From NCBI GenBank assembly GCA_041664445.1, contig JBAYKT010000008.1, forward strand, positions 1 through 57,449: DNA of 57,449 nt, read 5' to 3'. The DNA is from Patescibacteria group bacterium (GTDB lineage: Bacteria > Patescibacteriota > Patescibacteriia > Patescibacteriales > UBA12465). The notes under the pieces are model-generated. The model was given only the letters and a program-made list of their open reading frames with translations. It was not told the DNA's origin and searched no databases. Position numbers and translations under genes: made by a program. Shown piece by piece: positions 1 through 8,596 of this stretch. Each line of letters starts with the position of its first letter. Position 1 is the stretch's first letter.

Positions 1-35
1 ATTTTTAATTGCAATCAAGTTCTCTGATGAGCTTT

Positions 36-1163
36 ATGATAAAAAAAATAAGCGTCCTACACATCCTGCCCAGTCTTAGCCGCGGTGGAGCGGAAAGAGT
101 GGCAGTTGATATTTTAAAGAACCTTGACCAGACGCATTTCGCTCCGGCCTTATTGTTATTTAAAGACAATAAGCAGGGTGAGGAGCTAAAAGCTGAACTG
201 GCCGCTGCTGGCGTTCCGGTAATTTCTTTACACAAACGCTTATTAATTGACCCCTTGAATATTGCTCTGATAATCAGGGCAGTAACTAAATTAAAGCCGG
301 ATATTATTCACACCCATCTTGGCGGCGATATCTATGGCATCTTAGCTGGCAAGCTGCAAAAAGTACCGGTGATTGTTTCCACGGAACACAATATTAATCA
401 AAGCGCTAAAAAAAGCGCGGAATTAATTAAAAAAGTAAATCTCAAAAGTGTTACTAAAATTTTTGCCGTCAGCAATGCGGTGCGCGAAGACGCCATTAGC
501 CGCTATCATCTAAAACCGGAAAAAATAACTGTTGTTTATAATGGTATCGATAGTCAGCATTTTGACCCTTCTAAGGTCTCAGATTGGCTGCCTGGACGCT
601 CTGACGGCGAAAAGGTAATCATAGGCGCCATCGGCCGCTTAAGTCAGCAAAAAGGCTTTATGAGCCTGATTGAGGCTGCCGCTAAAACTAAGAATAAAAA
701 TTATTTAATTGAAATTGCCGGTGTCGGGGAAATGGCCGGAGAACTACAAAAAAGAATTAAAGACTTAGAATTAATTAACCGCGTTAAGTTAATCGGTCCA
801 GTTAACGCCCGTAATTTTTTAAGCCAAATTGATATTTTTGTTTTACCTTCGCTTTGGGAAGGTTTGGGTTTAGTAATTTTAGAAGCCGGGGCGAGTGAGA
901 AACCAATTATTGCTAGTGCCACCGGCGGTATTTTAGAGATTTTAAATGAAGATAATGCTTGGTTATTTCCGGTGGGTGATGATGATATTTTGGCGCAAAA
1001 AATAGATTTTTTAATTAATAATTTGCAAACCGCGGAAACAGCCAGAAAAGTAGCGGCTGTAAATGAATTAGTTAAAGAAAAATTTTCTTTAACCAAGATG
1101 GTGGCTAAGTACGCCACTTGGTATGAAGAACTTTTGGCGGCCAAGCTTAATAAACAACAATAA
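36..1163 (+). CDS. Glycosyltransferase family 4 (GT-B)
   Basis: N-terminal LHILPSLSRGGAERV; C-terminal IFVLPSLWEGLGLVILEA signature; start moved to ATG 36. Confidence 0.9.
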   Translation: MIKKISVLHILPSLSRGGAERVAVDILKNLDQTHFAPALLLFKDNKQGEELKAELAAAGVPVISLHKRLLIDPLNIALIIRAVTKLKPDIIHTHLGGDIYGILAGKLQKVPVIVSTEHNINQSAKKSAELIKKVNLKSVTKIFAVSNAVREDAISRYHLKPEKITVVYNGIDSQHFDPSKVSDWLPGRSDGEKVIIGAIGRLSQQKGFMSLIEAAAKTKNKNYLIEIAGVGEMAGELQKRIKDLELINRVKLIGPVNARNFLSQIDIFVLPSLWEGLGLVILEAGASEKPIIASATGGILEILNEDNAWLFPVGDDDILAQKIDFLINNLQTAETARKVAAVNELVKEKFSLTKMVAKYATWYEELLAAKLNKQQ

Positions 1164-1166
1164 ATT

Positions 1167-2384
1167 ATGCGTATTCTTCAGGTCAATAAATTTCACTACG
1201 CTCGCGGCGGCGCCGATAAGTATTATTTGTCTTTAGGAAAAGCTTTAGAACAAGCAGGAAATGAGGTTGCCTATTTTTCCATGCAGCATCCTAAAAACGA
1301 GGTGACGCCTTACGCTAAATATTTTGTTTCGCGCCTGAGTTTCAATGAAGGTGGTTTTAAAGATAAACTTAAAAGTCCTGGGCGCATGATTTATAGCTTA
1401 GAAGCGAAGCGGAAATTTAAAAAATTAGTGGCCGATTTCAAGCCGGAGATAATTCATATCCATAATATTTATCATCAGCTTTCGCCCTCCATTCTGGACG
1501 TTGCTAAAAAAGCCGGTATTCCGGTGGTGATGCATGTCCATGATTACAAACTAATTTGTCCAAATTATCAGTTATTTGCGCATGGTGAAATTTGTGAAGC
1601 CTGCAAGCCTCATAAATATTATAAATGCGCACAGAAAAAATGCTTTAAGGACTCGCGTTCCAAGAGTTTTTTGGCGGCTTTAGAGATGTATTTGCATCAC
1701 TCAGTTTTAAAAATATATGAACGCAATATTACCACGTTCATCACTCCGAGCGCTTTCATGAAGTCTAAATTAGTTGAATGGGGCTGGCCGGCAGTTAAAA
1801 TAAAAGTTATTGTTAACCCCTTTGATGCGCAAATGAGCCTGTCTTTAAATGAAGAAATTCCACCGCTAGAAAAGTATCTATTATATTTTGGTCGACTATC
1901 CGAAGAAAAAGGTTTAAAAACTTTGATTGAAGCGGCGGCCTTAACTGGCGCTAAGTTGAAATTTGTTGGTGACGGACCACAGAAAATAGAACTAGATACG
2001 CTCGCTAAAAAAATTAATGCTCATCTGGAATTTTTAGGGTTTAAAAGCGGGGAAGAGCTTAAGCAATTAATCTTAAAGGCGCGTGCCGTGGTTATCCCGT
2101 CTATTTGGTTAGAGAATATGCCCCTGAGCCTCCTGGAGGCTTTAAGCTTAGGTAAAGTAGTTATTGCCTCAAATATCGGCGGCATTCCGGAAATTATTAA
2201 AGACGGCGATAATGGCCTATTATTTATTCCTGGCAATATTAAAGATTTGGTTAGAAAAATAAATGATTTGGATGTTTTAGATTTAGATAAGATTGGTCGA
2301 GAAGCCAAGGAAAGCGTTAAGAATTTTAACGAGCCTGAGAATTTAAAGCAGGTAACGAATGTTTATCACGAGCTTTTAAAATAA
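1167..2384 (+). CDS. Glycosyltransferase family 4
   Basis: MRILQVNKFHYARGGA; LYFGRLSEEKG; VVIPSIWLENMPLSLLEA; internal Cys cluster (CEACK..CAQKKC). Confidence 0.9.
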   Translation: MRILQVNKFHYARGGADKYYLSLGKALEQAGNEVAYFSMQHPKNEVTPYAKYFVSRLSFNEGGFKDKLKSPGRMIYSLEAKRKFKKLVADFKPEIIHIHNIYHQLSPSILDVAKKAGIPVVMHVHDYKLICPNYQLFAHGEICEACKPHKYYKCAQKKCFKDSRSKSFLAALEMYLHHSVLKIYERNITTFITPSAFMKSKLVEWGWPAVKIKVIVNPFDAQMSLSLNEEIPPLEKYLLYFGRLSEEKGLKTLIEAAALTGAKLKFVGDGPQKIELDTLAKKINAHLEFLGFKSGEELKQLILKARAVVIPSIWLENMPLSLLEALSLGKVVIASNIGGIPEIIKDGDNGLLFIPGNIKDLVRKINDLDVLDLDKIGREAKESVKNFNEPENLKQVTNVYHELLK

Positions 2385-2410
2385 AATTTAAGATAGTTTT
2401 TTAAATAAAA

Positions 2411-2440
2411 AAATACCGAGTCGATTAAGACCCGGTATTT
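2411..2440. terminator. Bidirectional intrinsic terminator
   Basis: AAATACCG...CGGTATTT hairpin between convergent genes. Confidence 0.7.
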
Positions 2441-2460
2441 TATTAAATTAAGCTAATAAT

Positions 2461-3738
2461 TTATTGAACTTGGAAGGAGATGCTGTAATGAAGTTTGGAG
2501 GAAGTACCATCAACTCGGATATCATGTCCGCCCTTAATTAAAGTCGGAACTTTAATGATAGTAGCAAAACGTCCACGGCTATCAGCTTTAACGATAGTTT
2601 TCTGATCACCAAACTTAATAGTTAATTCTTCATTGGCTAAGAAGCCGCCGCCGGAAAGCGCAACCTCGGAATTGACTGCTGCTGAACTCTTGTCTAATTT
2701 TAAGAATAAGTTTTCAGTTGCGTAAGTAGTATTTTCTTGTTCGGTAGCGGAAACAGAAGCAATCTTATTTAAATTAGCATCAAGTACTAAAATATTGGAA
2801 TTGTTAAAAACGACAACTTTATCGCCATCGGCATAGACCGACTTCAGGCCCATGGCCCAGCCGGCATAGCCGCCTAGATTTCCGGTCCAAGCAAAATCTT
2901 TTTCCTTCAAATTAGAATCGAGTCTTACAACCCCAACCCCGTTAGAGAAATAAACATTATCGGTATTGTTGCTGACCGCAATATCAAAACCTTGATAATC
3001 TAAGTGCTTATAACTAGCTAATAATTTTCCGGATAAATCAAATTTCTTGGCATAGTAATCATCAACAACGTAAATATTATCGCTGGCGTCTAAAATGGCG
3101 CGGCGATTGCCCTTATCAAATTTAAAATTTAAAGGAATAGTTTTGATAATAGAACGAGATTCAACATTATAGACCTCAATTTTACTGTTAGCCTCATCAA
3201 CATTCAAATAGAAATCATCATTACCACTTAAATTATAAGGGGCTTCTTGATTTTTAAAATCGTAAGCGACGATAGTTTGTAAGTCGGAATTAAAAACTTT
3301 AACGCCTTTGGCACTAACAGTTACAATGTTGGAACCGAATTTATCAATGCGATTGTACCATTCCCAATAAGTATTGGTGTTGGTTTGGATTTCCGTTAAC
3401 TTATTATTAGCAACTTCATATTTGTAAATAGTGTAGTTGCTGACCGCGTAGACATACAAGCGGTTATTCTCGGATACTAACTTAGCATCAAAGAATTCGC
3501 CGTAGTTATTAAAACGGGCGTTGTAAGGTTTTAGCTTAGCGACTAAACCTAAGTCTTTGCCGTCAAGCTTAAATACCTCCAAACTACCAGTATTAGTAGT
3601 AGCGACATAAACTTGATTATTAAAGGCGAGTGCATCGCCAGAATAATAAGATTTTGTTTTGGTTTTTCCCGGGGTAACCAGTAAAAACGGGGAGGCAACG
3701 GTAATAACGGCTACCGCGGCAATAATCCACTTTTTCAT
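2461..3738 (-). CDS. Secreted/anchored hypothetical protein, probable beta-propeller plus C-terminal Ig-like domain
   Basis: N-terminal hydrophobic segment; repeated short beta-strand motifs; C-terminal ALSGGGFLANEELTIKF..ADSRGRFATIIKVP Ig-like pattern. Confidence 0.6.
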   Translation of the reverse strand: MKKWIIAAVAVITVASPFLLVTPGKTKTKSYYSGDALAFNNQVYVATTNTGSLEVFKLDGKDLGLVAKLKPYNARFNNYGEFFDAKLVSENNRLYVYAVSNYTIYKYEVANNKLTEIQTNTNTYWEWYNRIDKFGSNIVTVSAKGVKVFNSDLQTIVAYDFKNQEAPYNLSGNDDFYLNVDEANSKIEVYNVESRSIIKTIPLNFKFDKGNRRAILDASDNIYVVDDYYAKKFDLSGKLLASYKHLDYQGFDIAVSNNTDNVYFSNGVGVVRLDSNLKEKDFAWTGNLGGYAGWAMGLKSVYADGDKVVVFNNSNILVLDANLNKIASVSATEQENTTYATENLFLKLDKSSAAVNSEVALSGGGFLANEELTIKFGDQKTIVKADSRGRFATIIKVPTLIKGGHDIRVDGTSSKLHYSISFQVQ

Positions 3739-3778
3739 ATTTTTTAACTAATTTTAATATTAAAATTTTTATCAAGTT

Positions 3779-3807
3779 ATTATACATTTTATTTTTATAT
3801 TTGTCAA
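3779..3807 (-). promoter_or_regulatory. Sigma70 promoter for 2461..3738
   Basis: TTGACA-17-TATAAT on minus strand. Confidence 0.8.
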
Positions 3808-3838
3808 TACCTAAAAATTGGAGCCGGACAAATTGCTA

Positions 3839-3867
3839 TTGACAAATAAAAATAATTGTAGTATAGT
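3839..3867 (+). promoter_or_regulatory. Sigma70 promoter for Wzz-like gene
   Basis: TTGACA-17-TATAGT. Confidence 0.75.
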
Positions 3868-3911
3868 GAAAAGTCAATAATAAAGTGAGATAAATAAATT
3901 TATAAAATTAT

Positions 3912-4673
3912 ATGGAATTTAACGAGTTTTTAAAGCTAATTGGCCGTAAAAAACAAACTATTTTAGCTATTATGTTTGTGGCTATAGTTCTAGCTATCGG
4001 TCTTTCTTTGCTAAATCCGCTCAAATATGGCGCTAAATCTCGACTTTTAGTTTTACAAAATGCCGGTAGTGCTGATGCTTATTCACTTTCCAAGTCTAAT
4101 GAATACTTAGGTAACTTATTTGCCCAGGTTGTATATTCCAGCTCTTTCTACGATCAAGTGATTGCTTCACCTTATAGTATAAATCGTGATTATTTTGCTG
4201 GTAATTACAGCCAGCAACTTAAAAAATGGCGTGAAACTGTTTCTACCAGTACTCAGGGAGATACCGGAATTGTCGAAATTAATGTTTATCATACCAGCAC
4301 CCAAGAGGCTAAACAAATTGCTTTAGCCATTAATGATATTTTAATTAACAATAATCAGAACTATCATAGCGGTCAAAATATTAAAGTGAATATCATTGAT
4401 CAGCCTTTAGTTTCTGCTTATCCGGTTAAACCGAATATTCCTTATAACGCTGCTTTGGCTCTAGTCGCTTCTTTCTTAGTATCCTTATTCTATATCTATA
4501 TTTTTCCAGAAAGACGCAATGATTTAAATATCGTTGGTGGTCGCCACAAAAAACACGTTAAAATTAACGATATGGAAATCAGACATAATTTAGCCGAGAG
4601 AGAAGAGTTGGCTGAGCAATCACATAGCAATCATGATTTGCATGGTAATATGGGGAATGTTTTACGAAAGTAA
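3912..4673 (+). CDS. Wzz/CapA-like polysaccharide chain-length determinant
   Basis: Two TM segments flanking an extracytoplasmic domain; Y.AKSRLLV near N-terminus and PVKPN before second TM. Confidence 0.75.
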   Translation: MEFNEFLKLIGRKKQTILAIMFVAIVLAIGLSLLNPLKYGAKSRLLVLQNAGSADAYSLSKSNEYLGNLFAQVVYSSSFYDQVIASPYSINRDYFAGNYSQQLKKWRETVSTSTQGDTGIVEINVYHTSTQEAKQIALAINDILINNNQNYHSGQNIKVNIIDQPLVSAYPVKPNIPYNAALALVASFLVSLFYIYIFPERRNDLNIVGGRHKKHVKINDMEIRHNLAEREELAEQSHSNHDLHGNMGNVLRK

Positions 4674-4690
4674 ATTAAAAAGATAAAACC

Positions 4691-4811
4691 ATTCAAGATA
4701 CAGAAATAATTTTTTGTCGCTCCGGATTTTTTCTGGGGCAAAAATTAACTAACATTAATTTTTGCTCTACGAAAAAATAGTCGCTTAAAAAACTATTTCT
4801 GTATCTTGAAT
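4691..4811. repeat. 121-nt imperfect palindrome with 25-bp terminal inverted repeats
   Basis: 4691-4715 vs reverse complement of 4787-4811 match 24/25; inner stem GGGGCAAAAATTAA/TTAATTTTTGCTCT. Confidence 0.85.
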
Positions 4812-4860
4812 ACATATATATATTTCTTTAACAATTTGTTTCACTTAAAAATTCAGTATC

Positions 4861-5391
4861 ATGAAAGTAAATTTTGTCGACGCAATCGCTTGGCTTAAAG
4901 CTAAGTGGTTCACAGTGTTTTTGTTTTTGGTGATCGTAGCGCTTATCGTAATTGTGCTATTTCGCCCAGCAAACAACGGAGTTGCAACTGCAACTGATCC
5001 CAGTACATTAATTGTGCAGCCCACCACTCCCGTACCTGGAGGCAATTCAACCGGCATTAGCGCCCCCGTACCAGTTGGTACAACCACTTTCTGCATCCGT
5101 TTAGACGGGCGCGAAAATGGTCACTTACCAGCACTTATGGGTAGCGCCGCTCAAAACGCTTACGCTAATGGTCTTAACGGAAGTAACTGGTCTTTACCAG
5201 CAACATCTTCCGGATCGGAACCTTATGGCGTTATGGCTGATGGCAGAATATTTGCCAAAGTATCATTCCTGAAACAATATGGAATGTTAACTTTCGCAGA
5301 GATTAAATGCGATGCAACTGGTTGGATGGCCGAAAAAATGACAACTGCCACAATTGGCGGGGAAGAAGCACTGGTATTTCAGTTAAAATAG
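4861..5391 (+). CDS. Membrane-anchored hypothetical protein with unnamed Cys-containing domain (paralog of 6534..7289)
   Basis: N-terminal TM, Pro/Thr linker, motifs FC..DGRE, NGSNW, YGV..DG, IKC..TGWMA..MT shared with 6534..7289. Confidence 0.75.
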   Translation: MKVNFVDAIAWLKAKWFTVFLFLVIVALIVIVLFRPANNGVATATDPSTLIVQPTTPVPGGNSTGISAPVPVGTTTFCIRLDGRENGHLPALMGSAAQNAYANGLNGSNWSLPATSSGSEPYGVMADGRIFAKVSFLKQYGMLTFAEIKCDATGWMAEKMTTATIGGEEALVFQLK

Positions 5392-5423
5392 GTTATACCT
5401 ATAAGCGCTTAACTCGTCAAAAA

Positions 5424-5460
5424 GCCCTCGAACCCACCACAGTTCGGGGGTTGTTTTTTT
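5424..5460 (+). terminator. Intrinsic terminator
   Basis: CCCTCGAAC/GTTCGGGGG stem followed by T-run. Confidence 0.65.
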
Positions 5461-5477
5461 ATATATAACTTATTAAC

Positions 5478-5506
5478 TTGACAGATTTTAAAAAATAGTG
5501 TATGCT
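5478..5506 (+). promoter_or_regulatory. Sigma70 promoter for barrel-lipoprotein operon
   Basis: TTGACA-17-TATGCT. Confidence 0.7.
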
Positions 5507-5605
5507 ACCTTGATAATCTTTTGATTATTTTTATAGCTAGAATTATATATTTCCAGCTTTAAACTCTTTTAAAAACGAACATTAACAATCAAAATTAAAT
5601 AAGCA

Positions 5606-6493
5606 ATGAGAAAAACTCTTTTTTTATTGGCCTTGATGACCTTAGTGGTTGTCGGCTCGGCTTTCGCGCAATTTCGCGAACGTGTAAATTTATCTTTATT
5701 TGCTGGTGGCTACGCCGCTCAACAGAACGCCAATAACCGCGGTTATTGGTATGGCGCGTATATCGATTACATGCCAATTAAAACCGAAACTGGTTGGTTG
5801 CTTGGTTTTTGTGCGGTCGGTGATCGCGTCTACTTCAAAAGCAACACAACTTTGTCGCGTTACGATGGGAGTAGCGATGAAATGGGGATTGGACTTGCCG
5901 GTGGAAAATGGTCAGAATTTTTGACTCAAAAGTATTCCGGCTACTTCGGTGCTAATTTGATGCTCAAAAGCGTCAGAGACAATGGCACCGGCAAAAGTGT
6001 CCAACCCAACAAAGAACTCGGTGTCTATGACATGCGCCAAGAAGATTTAATCCTATCTGGAGAACTTAACATTAATTTGTTAAAAGCTTTCGGGATTAGA
6101 GAAAATCTTTTACCACGCTCACAACTGAAGTTGACCTATCAAAAACCTATTAAATCAGAGAAGACTTCCTTCTGGAACGAAACTCCGATTAAAGAATCCA
6201 TGATTTGGAACAAAGCGGCTTTCGGTCTTGAACTGAAGCAGAGCATTGTGCAAATCGGGAGGGGGAACACTTTAGTGGAACCCAAAATTATGATTGGTTA
6301 TCATCACTATGTCGGTGATGACAGTCGGTGGCTGTCTGCAGGCCCAGAAATTGCGCTTAAAAAACGCGGTTGGGATGACTTTTTATCAATCTACTGTTTT
6401 TGGAAACAGCAGACTGGTGATTTTGAGCCCAACTTAAACAGTGGGCAAATCGTGCTTGGCGTAAATGTTATGCCATTCAATATCAGAAGATAA
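5606..6493 (+). CDS. Secreted protein, predicted outer-membrane-type beta-barrel
   Basis: Signal peptide ending SAFA-Q; about 12 amphipathic alternating strands; C-terminal IVLGVNVMPF. Confidence 0.55.
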   Translation: MRKTLFLLALMTLVVVGSAFAQFRERVNLSLFAGGYAAQQNANNRGYWYGAYIDYMPIKTETGWLLGFCAVGDRVYFKSNTTLSRYDGSSDEMGIGLAGGKWSEFLTQKYSGYFGANLMLKSVRDNGTGKSVQPNKELGVYDMRQEDLILSGELNINLLKAFGIRENLLPRSQLKLTYQKPIKSEKTSFWNETPIKESMIWNKAAFGLELKQSIVQIGRGNTLVEPKIMIGYHHYVGDDSRWLSAGPEIALKKRGWDDFLSIYCFWKQQTGDFEPNLNSGQIVLGVNVMPFNIRR

Positions 6494-6533
6494 GAAAAAT
6501 AAATTTGTTGAACCATAAAAAAAATCGTTGAAA

Positions 6534-7289
6534 ATGAAAAAAATTATCTTTATTTCGATGCTGGCCTTAAGTTTAGGCCTTGTAACAAGTTGTAACATTT
6601 TTGGTGACAAAAAAACCGCAACTAAAGTTGTCGCTGATCCTTGCCCGGAAAAATCTGGACAAATTATTTCTCTACAAGCCGAAGTCATCAGATTACAAGA
6701 ACAAATTGGTGATTTAAAAGCCGAAAACGCTAAATTAACAGCCGACTTACAGTGTTGTGAAAGTAAATTACCAGCCGCTAAGAAAACAACCTACACGGCT
6801 AAAAAAACAACCACGCAAACCACTCAAAAAGTCACAACTCCGGTTGTAACTAAATCAGCGACTATTCCCGCTGCTACTGCTCCTACTGACACTAAATTTG
6901 TCAGCAATGCGGTTGGCGGTACAGCTAATTTAGATTACCTCAGGGAAGGTAAAGACATCATTTTTTGCGCACAAGCCAATAACCGGGAAGATTGTTATTT
7001 CCCGCATTATGCTATGCAGCATGGCGTGATGTTTTCCAAGGCTCCGGAAGACAATGAAATCAAAGGGTACAACTGGAGAGTTGAGCCCACTGAATTCTAT
7101 GACGGCGATTACGGCGTCACAGTTGACGGAACCTTCTACGTTTCCGACAATTTGATTCAACAATCCATGAAAGCCGGTGGCTTATCCTTTGAAGCTCCGC
7201 TTCGCATTAAATGTCCATATACTTCATGGATGGCGAAGGACATGACCTTATCGGACGGCTACTGGACTCTCAAGACTCAAAGAAAATAG
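6534..7289 (+). CDS. Lipoprotein with coiled coil, Thr/Lys linker and unnamed C-terminal domain
   Basis: Lipobox LVTSC; heptad segment LQAEVIRLQEQIGDLKAENAKL; C-domain aligns with 4861..5391; start moved to MKKIIF. Confidence 0.75.
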   Translation: MKKIIFISMLALSLGLVTSCNIFGDKKTATKVVADPCPEKSGQIISLQAEVIRLQEQIGDLKAENAKLTADLQCCESKLPAAKKTTYTAKKTTTQTTQKVTTPVVTKSATIPAATAPTDTKFVSNAVGGTANLDYLREGKDIIFCAQANNREDCYFPHYAMQHGVMFSKAPEDNEIKGYNWRVEPTEFYDGDYGVTVDGTFYVSDNLIQQSMKAGGLSFEAPLRIKCPYTSWMAKDMTLSDGYWTLKTQRK

Positions 7290-7310
7290 CTAATAATAGC
7301 TAAATTGCTT

Positions 7311-7343
7311 GCCCCTGGGATTATTTATTCCGGGGGCTTTTTT
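7311..7343 (+). terminator. Intrinsic terminator
   Basis: GCCCCTGGGA/TTCCGGGGGC stem plus T-run. Confidence 0.7.
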
Positions 7344-7347
7344 ATTA

Positions 7348-7409
7348 TTGACAATATTAATAAAATATGCTATAATAACCTTGACAAATAAAATCATTAA
7401 TTGTATAAT
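7348..7409 (+). promoter_or_regulatory. Two tandem consensus sigma70 promoters
   Basis: TTGACA-17-TATAAT at 7348-7376 and again at 7381-7409. Confidence 0.8.
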
Positions 7410-7431
7410 AAGTAGTTCCCAAAATAATATT

Positions 7432-8520
7432 ATGAAGATAGCCTTTATCGGACAAAAAGGAATCCCCGCTCAAAATGGAGGAGTTGACCGCCACGTAGAG
7501 AACCTGGCGATGTTTTTGGCGAAAAAAGGAGAAGACGTAATTGTTTACAACCGACAAAATTATCTACCTGAAAAAATAAATAAGTGGGAAGGCGTAACCC
7601 TGGTCCATTTACCTTACATAAATCAAAAAAATTTAGCGGCCATCACTCACAGTTTTCTGGCAACGCTTGACGCGATGAGACGGAAAGTCGATGTGATGCA
7701 TTATCACGGCATTGGTCCTTGCTTACTCGCCTGGATGCCCAGAATCTTTGCTCCTAAAATAAAAGTTGTAGCTACTTTACACAGCTTCGACTACGGCAAT
7801 GAAAAATGGAGCACCTTCGCTAAATTTATGTTAAAGCGCGGCGAAAAAAGCATGAGCCGTCACGCACATAAAATTATCGTCTTGACCGATTTGATGCATG
7901 ATTACTTTTTACAAAAATACGGACGTCAAAGCACCATCATTCCTAACGGCGCCTACATTGAAAATAGTTATGATAGTAATAATTTAGTCGGCTTTGGATT
8001 AAAGCCAAAAAAATATTTAGTCAGCATTTCCCGGATTATTAAATTAAAGGGCATCCAATATCTAATTGCCGCCCTAAAAGAACTACCGACTTACGATATT
8101 AAATTAGCAATTGTTGGCGACGGCGAATATCGCGAAGAACTGGAAAAATTGGCTGGAGATGATCCGCGGATTGTCTTTACCGGCAATCAAAGCGGTGAAG
8201 TTTTAAATCAACTATATAGCCAAGCCAAATATTTTATTCAATCTTCAGAAATGGAAGGCTTATCGATTTCTTTACTGGAAGCAATGGCTCACGGCCTGCC
8301 TTGTATCGTCAGCGATATTTCCGCGAATCAAGAAGCAACGGGTGAAACCGCTTTATACTTTAGACAAAAAGATAAAGATGATTTAAGAAACAAGTTAATT
8401 TATGCGCTTGAGCATGAAGATAAAATGACTGAATTAGGAGTTAAGGCGAAAGAACGGGCAATTAGCCTGTTCAACTGGGAGAAAATTTCCGAAGACACCC
8501 TTAAAATTTACAAAAAATAG
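7432..8520 (+). CDS. Glycosyltransferase family 4
   Basis: MKIAFIGQKGIPAQNGGVDRHVE; FIQSSEMEGLSISLLEAMA; start moved to ATG 7432 downstream of the promoters. Confidence 0.9.
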   Translation: MKIAFIGQKGIPAQNGGVDRHVENLAMFLAKKGEDVIVYNRQNYLPEKINKWEGVTLVHLPYINQKNLAAITHSFLATLDAMRRKVDVMHYHGIGPCLLAWMPRIFAPKIKVVATLHSFDYGNEKWSTFAKFMLKRGEKSMSRHAHKIIVLTDLMHDYFLQKYGRQSTIIPNGAYIENSYDSNNLVGFGLKPKKYLVSISRIIKLKGIQYLIAALKELPTYDIKLAIVGDGEYREELEKLAGDDPRIVFTGNQSGEVLNQLYSQAKYFIQSSEMEGLSISLLEAMAHGLPCIVSDISANQEATGETALYFRQKDKDDLRNKLIYALEHEDKMTELGVKAKERAISLFNWEKISEDTLKIYKK

Positions 8521-8596
8521 TTTAAGATATAGTTAAACATTTTTAGTTCGTTAAAAATTTAACCAAAAATAAGAGACCAGAGGAGGACTCTAGACA

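Noticed and set aside
4691-4811. Integron attC site
   Set aside because: Ends lack RYYYAAC/GTTRRRY boxes and no integron-integrase insertion is evident in the Xer protein
7309-7431. N-terminal extension of the GT4 in the ORF track
   Set aside because: Overlaps a terminator and two promoters; real start is ATG 7432. Similar over-extensions were trimmed at 12549, 29641, 32121, 49352 and 49428
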